This document shows positions 25,563 through 34,706 of a DNA stretch of 64,000 nucleotides, piece after piece. The stretch is from IMG/VR virus record IMGVR_UViG_3300008121_000011; one strand, given 5' to 3'. Within the stretch, counting starts at the first letter, position 1. Every line of letters starts with the position of its first letter. Origin of the DNA: a virus. The translations under genes and the position numbers were made by a program. Under the pieces are notes generated by a model. The model saw nothing but the letters and a program-made list of their open reading frames with translations, was not told where the DNA came from and made no database searches.

Positions 25563-25621
25563 TTGCTATTGACAAAACCTATAGACTCGATCAATAATAG
25601 GTTATCGAGTTAAACAAAGCC
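25563..25621 (+). promoter_or_regulatory. repeated promoter cassette (copy A)
   Basis: ttgctaTTGACAaaacctatagactcgatcAATAATaggttatcgagttaaacaaag. Near-identical inverted copy at 53493-53550. Confidence 0.55.
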
Positions 25622-26017
25622 ATGAACGCCATGAACGCCAACCAAATCGCACAAATCGCAACCGCTTTAAACGTCTCTCCCAACCAAATCAAGAGAGCTG
25701 AGGAATGGGACAATGTCCTTTTTGTCGTAATCCACGGGAAGGGCGCTCGTTTTGTATCTAAGAAGAAGGTAATTAAAATGGATGTTTTGGCTCAAGTTGA
25801 ATCAAATAATTTCGCGAGTTCCTACTCCGAGGTTTATGAGTGGCTCCTTTCTAATGCCAATCCTATCGGATGGACTTCTTCTTTTGTCGTAGCAATTGAT
25901 GGCAGAAAATTTACTGTTAAAAACCTTGATGGGCGATGGTTTTCAACTGAATCAAAACCTAAAACGTCTTCTGACTTTAAGGGAATGATGAAAACAGGCG
26001 AAGAATCGGTTTTGTAA
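25622..26017 (+). CDS. hypothetical protein
   Basis: 131-aa ORF, first gene after promoter copy A. Confidence 0.45.
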   Translation: MNAMNANQIAQIATALNVSPNQIKRAEEWDNVLFVVIHGKGARFVSKKKVIKMDVLAQVESNNFASSYSEVYEWLLSNANPIGWTSSFVVAIDGRKFTVKNLDGRWFSTESKPKTSSDFKGMMKTGEESVL

Positions 26018-26022
26018 AAACA

Positions 26023-26691
26023 ATGAATTACTGCTACCTTTGCGCCGCCCCTAACGCTGATAAACCGTTAGTTCTCAAAGATTCATTCACTGCACATAGT
26101 AGCGCTAGATGCCCTGAGTCTAAGTATTTATGCGATCGCTGTGCATGGGTGATTCCGTTAAGGGCTTTTTATTGGAATGAAGCCAAGGGGAAATACAGCA
26201 CATTATTTGCTAGGGGCTGGTCATGGCTCCTTTCTGCTGATGATGCGTATGGTTCTTATCCTAAATTTGGTAATCAACATACTGAGGGGGGGAACACGCT
26301 AGAAATAGTTGATCGCCTCCCCACACGCGCTCAAATCAGGACTTGGTTGCTTGATCCGCCAAAGCCGCCCTTTACTATTTGCATTGCGGAATCAGGGCAA
26401 AAACATATTTTGCCTTGGGCGCTAGAGGCAACTAATCGCGATTATTTCCCAGTGCAATTTGAGCTCGATACGTTGCATATATATCGATCTGCCTTTACGC
26501 ATTTACTCGCACGGTACGAGGAGCTTATGGCTATGGGATTTAGCAAAACTGAAATTAATTCTGGCAACTATCGCTCTGACAAATTAGCTAAGTGCATCAG
26601 TGAGTACGCAGCATGTGAGGCTGCGATCGCTGCTAAGCGTGGTAATCGCTTGCTAGATTTGGTTAGCTATGTTGCAAAAGTATCAGAGTAA
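26023..26691 (+). CDS. zinc-finger protein of unknown function
   Basis: 222 aa; N-terminal CYLC...CDRC pairs; PPFTICIAESGQKHILPWA core. Confidence 0.45.
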   Translation: MNYCYLCAAPNADKPLVLKDSFTAHSSARCPESKYLCDRCAWVIPLRAFYWNEAKGKYSTLFARGWSWLLSADDAYGSYPKFGNQHTEGGNTLEIVDRLPTRAQIRTWLLDPPKPPFTICIAESGQKHILPWALEATNRDYFPVQFELDTLHIYRSAFTHLLARYEELMAMGFSKTEINSGNYRSDKLAKCISEYAACEAAIAAKRGNRLLDLVSYVAKVSE

Positions 26692-26922
26692 GATATGGCA
26701 GACAGTAAATATGAAAAACTGTATATTTTGCAAGAAAGAATTTGAAGAAGCTAAAACAAAACGGCTTTGCTGTACTAGATCGTGTGCAGCAAAGTTTTCC
26801 ACAGAACTGTATATCCCAAGCGATCGCTAGGGGTGGCAAAAGCGCTGGTATGAAATGGGAGTGGGTGGAGTAAAGGCGTTTCACATTTGCTAAACTATTA
26901 GCAAAATCATACTTACAAAATT

Positions 26923-27213
26923 ATGGCAGCTAAAAAAGATCCGCGCCTTGCTAAAGCTGGTGTTGATGGTTACAACAAACCAAAGCGCACTCCCAAGCAT
27001 CCTACTAAATCTCATGTAGTTGTTGCCAAGGAAGGTGACAAAGTTAAGTTGATTAGATTTGGCGAACAAGGTGCGGATACAGCGGGGAAACCCAAAGAAG
27101 GTGAATCTGAAGCGATGAAAGCAAAGCGCAAAGCATTTAAAGCGCGTCATGCTGAAAACATAGCCAAAGGTAAGATGAGTGCAGCGTATTGGGCAAATTT
27201 AACGAAATGGTGA
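26923..27213 (+). CDS. small basic protein
   Basis: 96-aa Lys-rich ORF followed by a strong terminator. Confidence 0.45.
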   Translation: MAAKKDPRLAKAGVDGYNKPKRTPKHPTKSHVVVAKEGDKVKLIRFGEQGADTAGKPKEGESEAMKAKRKAFKARHAENIAKGKMSAAYWANLTKW

Positions 27214-27215
27214 TC

Positions 27216-27255
27216 AAAAAAGGAGTTATTACGGATTGTAATAACTCCTTTTTTT
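27216..27255. terminator. bidirectional rho-independent terminator
   Basis: A5, 11-bp stem aggagttatta/taataactcct with a 7-nt loop, then T6. Confidence 0.7.
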
Positions 27256-27302
27256 GATTCTGTTAATACGCTGAAAGCTATATGTATTAACAGGTTGAGG
27301 CG

Positions 27303-27320
27303 AAAAAGTGATAAAATATT
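27303..27320 (+). promoter_or_regulatory. shared extended -10-like motif aaaaagtgataaaatatt (copy 2)
   Basis: Identical to 6741-6758; about 60 nt upstream of 27382. Confidence 0.4.
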
Positions 27321-27381
27321 AGAAGCGAATCGCAAGGTTTGAAGGTGCGATCGCTTATCCACATTACCTACAGCTACTAAC

Positions 27382-28251
27382 ATGAATGATTTAATTCTAC
27401 TTGAATCTGTATCCGCACGCAATGAGAAACTATCTAATCTTAGTCAGGACGCATCGCTAGACCATCTGAATAGAGCTAAGTCTCTAGTCATGGCAATGTG
27501 GCAGGGTACAGGCGTGGCAACTACTGAACAGATGGCAGGTTACTACGAAGTTTCTATTGACACCGTAAAAATGATGCTTACTCGCCATCGCGACGAGTTT
27601 GAATCTGATGGAGTCAAAGAGATTAAGGGTAAAGACTTGAAAGTCTTATATAGTCAAGGTAGTAACGGGTTGTTACTACCAGAAAAGGCTACTCGTTTGA
27701 ATATTTGGACACCTCGCGCCGCTCTTAGATTGGGAATGCTTTTGCGAGATTCTGAGATTGCTAAGCAAGTCAGAACACTTTTGCTTGATGTTGCGATGCT
27801 AGTCCCTCAACAAAACGATCGCCTGCGTGAGTTGGAATTGATTAACGAAAATATGCGGCTTGAGATTCAACGCATGGATCGCATGAGTTCGATGACTGCA
27901 TTGCATGGTGTCCCTACGACTTTATGCTTGATGGGTCGTGATAATGCGATCGTTGAAGTTGAAAAGCCAACTATTGAGGTTATTGACGATCGCCACAATC
28001 AGCAGACTAAATACAGTGGTCAAACTTGCACCCAACTCAAAGACTACATGAAGAAGCGATTTGGCATCACTTTTAGATCGGGCGCTGATGTCCAACGGGT
28101 ACTAGAAGAGATTGAGACTAAATTTGGTGTCAGCTTACTTGCAGAATTACCCCGCACGGTGACGACTACTTACATTCCTGATGAACACACATCTAAAGCT
28201 ATTGAGTATCTTCGTGATGTCAAGAATTGGCAGATGTTGATCGGACAGTAA
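27382..28251 (+). CDS. Bro-N/ANT-type antirepressor-like protein
   Basis: 289 aa; TTEQMAGYYEVSIDTVKMMLTRHRDEF...WTPRAALRLGMLLRDSEIAKQVR resembles phage antirepressor N-domains. Confidence 0.5.
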   Translation: MNDLILLESVSARNEKLSNLSQDASLDHLNRAKSLVMAMWQGTGVATTEQMAGYYEVSIDTVKMMLTRHRDEFESDGVKEIKGKDLKVLYSQGSNGLLLPEKATRLNIWTPRAALRLGMLLRDSEIAKQVRTLLLDVAMLVPQQNDRLRELELINENMRLEIQRMDRMSSMTALHGVPTTLCLMGRDNAIVEVEKPTIEVIDDRHNQQTKYSGQTCTQLKDYMKKRFGITFRSGADVQRVLEEIETKFGVSLLAELPRTVTTTYIPDEHTSKAIEYLRDVKNWQMLIGQ

Positions 28252-28332
28252 GCTAAAAACATTCGCGCCCTGCGATATCGCCATCAAGGGGCGCGATAAT
28301 GCTACAATCGCAGTAAATTCGTATGTTGATTT

Positions 28333-28980
28333 ATGGCGAAAAGTAAAGCCAAGCTCTCAGACTTTCGTACTCAAGAAAGAAATCTCAATAAACACCGCCC
28401 CCGTGGTATGGGGATGCTAGACAACGTCATTGCAAAGGATGGATGGCAGGGCGCAATAACTACGGCTGCTAACGGTGAAACCTTTGCAGGAAGCGCACGC
28501 TTAGAAGTTGCACAAGAGCGCTTTGGCGATGAATCGGAGCCTATCGTATTTGATATTGATGGTACACGCCCTGTAATTCTTAGGCGGGTTGATATTCCTA
28601 CTGCTGACGATCCTAGGGCTATCAGGCTTGGCATTGCAGATAATCGCATCAGTGAAGTTAACTATGATCTAGATATTGATTTACTGCAAGAAACAGCACA
28701 AACAATCGACATTAGCGATCTATATTTTGACGATGAACTCGCAAAATTAGCAGCGCAAAAGCAGGAAATCATCGACCATCAAGAGCCTGACTTTCTCAAG
28801 TTCTCAGATAACGACAGCTTACCCGCTTACGCAAGCGATCGCAGTGGTGGCAATAAGCAACCCATACCGATAGTCGTTGGCAGTGGCACAATGAAACGGT
28901 GGAATGAGTATAAGGAAAGTGTTGGCATAAAAAATGATACGGCGGCGTTTGAATTGCTGCTAGAATCTCAAGAGATCTAA
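28333..28980 (+). CDS. ParB-like nuclease-domain protein
   Basis: 215 aa; N-terminal region NLNKHRPRGMGMLDNVIAKDGWQGAI...GSARLEVAQ fits the ParB N-terminal domain pattern. Confidence 0.5.
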   Translation: MAKSKAKLSDFRTQERNLNKHRPRGMGMLDNVIAKDGWQGAITTAANGETFAGSARLEVAQERFGDESEPIVFDIDGTRPVILRRVDIPTADDPRAIRLGIADNRISEVNYDLDIDLLQETAQTIDISDLYFDDELAKLAAQKQEIIDHQEPDFLKFSDNDSLPAYASDRSGGNKQPIPIVVGSGTMKRWNEYKESVGIKNDTAAFELLLESQEI

Positions 28981-28990
28981 GGTGATTATT

Positions 28991-29410
28991 ATGGTGCGAT
29001 CGCTAGACAACAGTAATGGTATTCAGTATTACGGCGGGAATGATTCTGCAAAAATGGGTGGACGTATTAAGAAGGGACAGGTTGTGGGGGGATCTAATTC
29101 ATCTAAATCAAAGTCGAATAGTTTTGTTTCAGGATTAAAAAGACAGGTTTCTGACACTGCTAAATATATTGGAAGTCGCACTAATAAGCTTGAATTAATT
29201 AGAATGGCAGTTCAAAATACTAAGAATAATTTGATTGACAAAGCGATAACTGATATTAAGCGCGGAAATCAAAGATTGACTACAAAGACTAAGATTGATT
29301 CTAATATCCGTAGACAAAAACGCGCCATGTCATCAGGTGATATTTCTCGGAATGCTGGCATTCAATCCGCAAAACGTGAATCACAAGGTCAGCTTAATCT
29401 TTTAAAATAA
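28991..29410 (+). CDS. small basic Ser/Gly/Lys-rich protein, paralog A
   Basis: N-terminus SLDNSNGIQYYGGNDSAKMGGRIKKG is shared with 30636..31046. Confidence 0.5.
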   Translation: MVRSLDNSNGIQYYGGNDSAKMGGRIKKGQVVGGSNSSKSKSNSFVSGLKRQVSDTAKYIGSRTNKLELIRMAVQNTKNNLIDKAITDIKRGNQRLTTKTKIDSNIRRQKRAMSSGDISRNAGIQSAKRESQGQLNLLK

Positions 29411-29413
29411 AAC

Positions 29414-30658
29414 ATGGACGGATTAAAGCCTCTCTACGGTGGTTTACTCAAGATACCCGCGCCATTAGAACTAAGCGGTAATTGGTGCGCTCACGCTTGC
29501 GCCTATTGTTTTGCTAATCTTAATGCTCCTACTCGTACACTTGACGTTAACGGTGTTTCAAGATTATTAGCTGATTATCAAAACAGGAATACCATCGAGG
29601 GTTATTTGCTGCGTGATGGTTATCCTGTAATTGTCAGTAACCACATAGATCCGTTTAGTGCCTCAAACTATCGCCAAATGATTCCTTTTATGGAAACCAT
29701 GACTGAGCTAGGTATACCTTATTCAGTGCAAACCAAAGGCGGGAAAGGATGGGAAAAAGTATTAGAGTTTATGCCGATTGGCGTTTGGTATGTCTCGGTC
29801 TCTTTCTCTGATGATGAAACACGCAAAGCTATAGAGCCTAGTGCGCCGCCTTTAGAGCATCGCTATGAGTTGTTAAAAGCATTAATCTCAAAAGGTCATA
29901 CGGTGATTGTTGGATGCAATCCGTGTGAGCCAGACTGGTTGCTAGACCCTATCCCATTTTTTGATCGCCTAAAAGAGATCGGCGTGTTTGGTACTTGGAT
30001 GGAAAATTTGCATATTAACACCAAGCAGAAACAGGTAATGCCAGAACGCGATCGCAAAAGATTAGGTGAAGACTTGATTGCTGATTGCCTCAAGAAAAAA
30101 CATAGCGATCCTTATAGGAAAGAATTTGTTGAGATGTGTCGCGAGTATTCGCGATCTATAGGGTTAGAGAATTACAGCATTGCCAACGGTAGGTATTCAA
30201 ACTTTTTTGATGCTTATAAAATGTATCCAAAATTATTCCCAGTTGTGCAGCAATTTATTAATCGGTGCGCTACGTTAAATCGTGAGTTTTTTACACAACG
30301 AGAATGGGTGGAGTTCTTTACTCCTTTACTGCCAACTTTTGTTACATCGCAAAATTATCACTATATTGATAGCAATGTCAGGATGTGTCCTGAAAAGGCG
30401 TTAGGGTTTAAAGTCCCCAAAAATCCAACATTTGAGACGATTTTAAAATGTTCTTTGAAGTCTCATAATGTACCTTTTCATCCTGTCAACAAAGCTGCTT
30501 TTAGCTATGCTGTAGATAGCAATGGTAATCATTTATTGGATGATGTAGATAAATTGCCTATATTATGTTATAGCGCAGATGGATGGACTCATACTATGAT
30601 TGAGTATGATGACAATGAAATTAATGGAGTCGATTATGTTGGAATCATTAGACAATAG
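29414..30658 (+). CDS. radical SAM enzyme (SplB/DNA-photolyase-like cluster motif)
   Basis: 414 aa; CAHACAYC = CX3CX2C near the N-terminus, followed by a TIM-barrel-like alternating pattern. Confidence 0.6.
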   Translation: MDGLKPLYGGLLKIPAPLELSGNWCAHACAYCFANLNAPTRTLDVNGVSRLLADYQNRNTIEGYLLRDGYPVIVSNHIDPFSASNYRQMIPFMETMTELGIPYSVQTKGGKGWEKVLEFMPIGVWYVSVSFSDDETRKAIEPSAPPLEHRYELLKALISKGHTVIVGCNPCEPDWLLDPIPFFDRLKEIGVFGTWMENLHINTKQKQVMPERDRKRLGEDLIADCLKKKHSDPYRKEFVEMCREYSRSIGLENYSIANGRYSNFFDAYKMYPKLFPVVQQFINRCATLNREFFTQREWVEFFTPLLPTFVTSQNYHYIDSNVRMCPEKALGFKVPKNPTFETILKCSLKSHNVPFHPVNKAAFSYAVDSNGNHLLDDVDKLPILCYSADGWTHTMIEYDDNEINGVDYVGIIRQ

Positions 30659-31046
30659 CAATGGTATCCAGTATTACGGTGGCAACGATCCCGCTAAGAT
30701 GAGTGGTAGATTCAAAAAGGGCGGCAGCGGTGGAGGGTCTAGCGGTAGTGCTAAACGTAGCGCTGTAGGACAGCGTAGTAGTGTTGAGTCTAAGTTTGGT
30801 GCATTAGCAGGTAATATTGCTAAAAATCAAGCTATTCTTAAAAATCCCAGTTCAACGCCAGAACAACGGGCGATCGCGACACGCAAAATTATGGCTAACA
30901 CAAGGACTGCGACGGGTTCTATACAAAGAAATGTTGGAAGTGAGCAAATAACCTCTCGTTTTGGATTGCAATCTAGGGCGCAACAAGCGAGATCGGCGGC
31001 GCAAGCACCTTCTGTTTATGGTAATTCTCTTGGAATAATAAAATAA
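30636..31046 (+). CDS. small basic Ser/Gly-rich protein, paralog B
   Basis: N-terminus SLDNSNGIQYYGGNDPAKMSGRFKKG. ATG 30636 is in frame with the track ORF at 30600. Overlaps the rSAM 3' end. Confidence 0.5.
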   Translation: MLESLDNSNGIQYYGGNDPAKMSGRFKKGGSGGGSSGSAKRSAVGQRSSVESKFGALAGNIAKNQAILKNPSSTPEQRAIATRKIMANTRTATGSIQRNVGSEQITSRFGLQSRAQQARSAAQAPSVYGNSLGIIK

Positions 31047-31112
31047 AATAAGTAAGTTATATAGGGGCCTCCCTATATAACTTACTAGGAATAAAGTAGA
31101 CTACTTAACATT

Positions 31113-31733
31113 ATGGCAGCACCAACAAAACATGATTGGGCAAAAATTAGCAAGGAATACATAGAAGCGCCTAGTGATGATTTGCGCCCGTCTTTGGTTG
31201 CTTTAGCATTAAAATATGGTGTAAGCATTAAATACATTGAACAGAAATGTTCAAAAGAAAAATGGGTAGAGCAATCTAAGATATTTCTAAGGCGCGTATC
31301 TCAAGAGTCAAAGCAAGAGAAAGTATCAAGCTTAGCAGGGGAACAAACTAAGTTTGACGCTGATATCTTGACGGTTGCGAGGGCATTGCAAGGGCAGATA
31401 ATTGGTCATTTGAATGAAGCTAAGCAATCAAAAACGCTTCTACCCCCAAAGGATATAAGCCTGTTATCTGGCTCTCTATCGACAATCCAACGCATCGGAC
31501 GTACAGCATTAGACCTTGATACATGGACACCTGAAAAGATTTTAAACGAGGCTAGAAGACTTGGTTTCCTACTCACCGATCCTAGAACACTTGCCAGCGC
31601 TTCAGATGAAGATAGAGCGCGATTGGGAGAGGGTAGAGACGCTTTTAGTCCAGAAGCAAACCCGTTCTCAGACATCCTCGCAACAGCAGAAGAAGCTCCA
31701 ACTACATCCCCTCCAGCAAACAATAGCCAATAG
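31113..31733 (+). CDS. terminase small subunit candidate
   Basis: 206-aa ORF directly upstream of the large terminase; N-terminal HTH-like LVALALKYGVSIKYIEQK. Confidence 0.5.
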   Translation: MAAPTKHDWAKISKEYIEAPSDDLRPSLVALALKYGVSIKYIEQKCSKEKWVEQSKIFLRRVSQESKQEKVSSLAGEQTKFDADILTVARALQGQIIGHLNEAKQSKTLLPPKDISLLSGSLSTIQRIGRTALDLDTWTPEKILNEARRLGFLLTDPRTLASASDEDRARLGEGRDAFSPEANPFSDILATAEEAPTTSPPANNSQ

Positions 31734-33015
31734 CCAAGCTAAATACACGATCGCAGTATCAGGGCGGCGCTTTGGTAAAACTATATTGCAGATATACAAA
31801 GCTCTTGAGCGTGTTGCAGTTGGAGCGCCATACAATCCAGTTGCGCCGCCTGTAGTAGTGCTAGCTGCTCCTACTTTGGTTATGGCTAGGCGGCTGCTCT
31901 GGAAGCAGTTGCTAAACACCTTACGCAATCACAAAGCAGTTGAGAGCGTTAGTAAATCTGAGTTTACGATCACCTTTAAGAATCCCGATCCGTATCGTTT
32001 CTATATGCCCGATTTAATGATCATGGGTTTGAATGATGGCGACGGCGATCGCGCCCGTGGTTTGCGCCTATGGCATTTTGGCGGTGATGAGTGGCAAGAT
32101 TGGAAGGCGAGTATTTTCCCTGAAATTATTCAACCTGCGCTATCTGATACGCAAGGCAGTACAGCGCTATTCACTTATACTCCCAAGGGCAAAGTTAATC
32201 ATACCTATGAGGCTTATCAAAACGCACTTGTTGCCGATCCTAGGGTATGGCAAGCGTTTAAATATAAGAGTATCGAGAATCCGTACCTTAAAGAAGCCGA
32301 TATTGAGCTACTTAGACAAAGCTTAACGCCCCGCCTATTTCGTCAAGAAATGGAAGCATCATTTGAAACTTTTGAGGGACAATTCTTTGAGACATTATCT
32401 GAATCGCACCTTATCAGCGATCGCGACTTACCTAAAGATTTCATTTATCGCATATTGTCAGTTGATTGGGGCGCGGTAAATCCTAGAGCCTTGGTAGTTT
32501 GCGCCTTTATCGGAGATGGCTTTTATCATTGGTTTGTGGTAGATGAGTGGCGCGTGCCTAGGACAATGCAGGGGCAAGCAATATTAGAAGATGACTTTTT
32601 ATACGAGTGCCATAAATTAGCTATGAAGTGGCGCGTTAACCGCTCCTTTGCCGATCCCTCTAGACCTGAAGCAATCAAGTCATTGCGAGTATGGAAACCT
32701 AAAGAGGGGCAAGTATTTAAGGAAACATTTAAAAACTATTGTTCAGAAGTCAGGGGCGCAACAAACGATTTTATCAAGGGCATTGACTTAATGAGTAGCG
32801 ACTTCTACCACGAACGGATCAAAATTGTCAATACATTGCCCCAGTTTTTTGAGGAGTGCCAATCGTATCACCGCAAGAAGGATAAGTATGGCAATATCAC
32901 AGAAGAAGAAGCAGATAATCAAGTGACTCATGGTATCGACTGTTTGCGCTATGCGATCGCTTCTATGCCTCCCGTTAATCGTCAATCAAGCTTTGGCAGT
33001 AGTAGAGCTATGTAA
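31561..33015 (+). CDS. terL: terminase large subunit
   Basis: Walker A-like SGRRFGKT, Walker B GGDEWQDW, and nuclease-domain acidic motifs (SVDWG, ADPSRPE, HGIDCLRYA). The true start is uncertain because the ORF overlaps the upstream gene. Confidence 0.85.
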   Translation: MVSYSPILEHLPALQMKIERDWERVETLLVQKQTRSQTSSQQQKKLQLHPLQQTIANSQAKYTIAVSGRRFGKTILQIYKALERVAVGAPYNPVAPPVVVLAAPTLVMARRLLWKQLLNTLRNHKAVESVSKSEFTITFKNPDPYRFYMPDLMIMGLNDGDGDRARGLRLWHFGGDEWQDWKASIFPEIIQPALSDTQGSTALFTYTPKGKVNHTYEAYQNALVADPRVWQAFKYKSIENPYLKEADIELLRQSLTPRLFRQEMEASFETFEGQFFETLSESHLISDRDLPKDFIYRILSVDWGAVNPRALVVCAFIGDGFYHWFVVDEWRVPRTMQGQAILEDDFLYECHKLAMKWRVNRSFADPSRPEAIKSLRVWKPKEGQVFKETFKNYCSEVRGATNDFIKGIDLMSSDFYHERIKIVNTLPQFFEECQSYHRKKDKYGNITEEEADNQVTHGIDCLRYAIASMPPVNRQSSFGSSRAM

Positions 33016-33017
33016 TT

Positions 33018-33242
33018 ATGTTTTATGGAATTAAAGTTGAATTTATCAATGACATTGGCAGCGGATTGGAGATGCAAATATTAAGATGCTTATTTCGAGA
33101 TAAACCTAGCCAAAAAGTAGTAGATAAATATGTAAAAGATTGGGTCAAAAATGTTGAAGTTGCTTGTAATTCTGGAAAGTCTTTATTTAAAGTAAGTGAA
33201 GTTAGAAGAGTTAAAGTTATTGACTTTGTTTTGATTGAGTAA
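33018..33242 (+). CDS. hypothetical protein
   Basis: 74-aa ORF, 2 nt after the terL stop. Confidence 0.35.
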   Translation: MFYGIKVEFINDIGSGLEMQILRCLFRDKPSQKVVDKYVKDWVKNVEVACNSGKSLFKVSEVRRVKVIDFVLIE

Positions 33243-33300
33243 ATATCAACAAAAAAGCGCCATATCACTACAGCGCTTTTTTGTTGGTTAAGTCAGCTAA

Positions 33301-34032
33301 TTAGCTAAGTCCTAACCCCTTCTTCACCAGGTCCATCGGATCGGCTGTGCGGTTAAAATCACTGGTTTGACGCTTGCCACTGCCATTTGGGATATTATCG
33401 CCACTAGCGCGATTAAGTGGCTTTGCTGCTGACGGCTTCTTGGCTGCAATCTCGTTAGCCCAGTCCTCAATTGTGAATGGTACGGTCTTTTTGTCCACAA
33501 CCTTAAAGCGCTGAGTGCGATCCTTGACTGACTCAACGACAATCACCTCAAGATCGCCGTCTTCGTTTTCCACTGCTTCCAACTGCTTAGCGTATGCAGG
33601 GTTATTGGTGAAGTCATCAAGAAATTCAGATTTAAAAACCTGAGCAAAAGCGGCTTTAATTTCTTTTTTGATGAATTGCTCTTTAAACTTAGCGTCTTTT
33701 TCTTCTAGCCTTTGCAGCGCCTCCTCTTCACGTTTCTTGGCTGCTGCTTCTTTGGCTGCTGTTTCCGTTAACAGACGCTCCTTTAATGACTCAAAATCAC
33801 CCGTCCGCTTGGCTCGTTCTTCTTCGTCTAAACGTTCCCTTTCCTTAAGTTGGGCCTCAAGCTGCTTAGCTCTTTTCTCTGCTGCATCAGCTTGCAATCT
33901 CAGTTTTTTGAGTGTGATTTTGACTGTTTCGTTTTCTTCTGATTCTGGCTGTTTTAGCTCATCCGCTGCGCCACTGCTAGCGCCTTCGGTAGACTCAGCG
34001 CCGCTTTCTTCGTTCTGGTAGAAATAGTTCAT
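33301..34032 (-). CDS. scaffolding-like coiled-coil protein
   Basis: 243 aa, highly charged Glu/Lys/Ala helices; downstream of the portal on the same strand. Confidence 0.45.
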   Translation of the reverse strand: MNYFYQNEESGAESTEGASSGAADELKQPESEENETVKITLKKLRLQADAAEKRAKQLEAQLKERERLDEEERAKRTGDFESLKERLLTETAAKEAAAKKREEEALQRLEEKDAKFKEQFIKKEIKAAFAQVFKSEFLDDFTNNPAYAKQLEAVENEDGDLEVIVVESVKDRTQRFKVVDKKTVPFTIEDWANEIAAKKPSAAKPLNRASGDNIPNGSGKRQTSDFNRTADPMDLVKKGLGLS

Positions 34033-34034
34033 AT

Positions 34035-34706
34035 TTAAGCTCTAGTATGTTTTCCTGATAGACTCGCGTAATTCTGTAGTTGCAAATTGTCGATAAGCCA
34101 TTGCCGATCGCCATTGTATAAAGCCATTGTAGCTCTAAGATCGGAGCCACTTTGTTTTGTAATACTGTAGAACGATGGAACAGATTGACTGGTTACTCCA
34201 AGAGTGCCATCGGTCATTTGAGTATCGATAGTAGTTTTGTATGTGTCTAACCCGTCAAGCTTTGATTGTACCTCAGTTATGGCACTCGCTCCGTAGGTGT
34301 CTTCGTAGGTTGTGAGAGTGCTTTCAATTAGAGTGTAATAGTCGCGTGTGAGATTGAGGTATTTCACGATGCGATCGCGATCGTTGTTTGTCCATGTGAT
34401 TCTGGGCGGAATAATTCCTCTATAGTTTTCCCTTATAGGGTATCTGAAACCTATTATTTCAGGTTGTTGTGATTCAAAAAGCAAGTTAAGAAAAGCCCCG
34501 TCTCTTTTATGTGAAGATTTTTTTAACTCCTGATTGTCGAATTTAATAACGACGACGCGATCGCGAGATTGAGACATTATTACTTCTATAAAGTTCTCTG
34601 AAGCATCTTCAATAAATCCATACTCCCAAATACCTTGTAGAGTGTAGTAATCGCGTGTGAGATTGAGGTATTTCACGCTGCGATCATTGTTTGTCCATGT
34701 ACTCAT
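34035..34706 (-). CDS. hypothetical protein with internal duplication
   Basis: 223 aa; WTNNDR.VKYLNLTRDYYTL occurs twice. DNA copies at 34331-34368 and 34640-34677. Confidence 0.45.
   Translation of the reverse strand: MSTWTNNDRSVKYLNLTRDYYTLQGIWEYGFIEDASENFIEVIMSQSRDRVVVIKFDNQELKKSSHKRDGAFLNLLFESQQPEIIGFRYPIRENYRGIIPPRITWTNNDRDRIVKYLNLTRDYYTLIESTLTTYEDTYGASAITEVQSKLDGLDTYKTTIDTQMTDGTLGVTSQSVPSFYSITKQSGSDLRATMALYNGDRQWLIDNLQLQNYASLSGKHTRA

Noticed and set aside
31561-31733. Treating the 173-nt overlap between terS-like and terL ORFs as a programmed frameshift
   Set aside because: No slippery motif was found. The terL ORF may simply start at an internal or non-ATG codon, so the start is flagged as uncertain instead.
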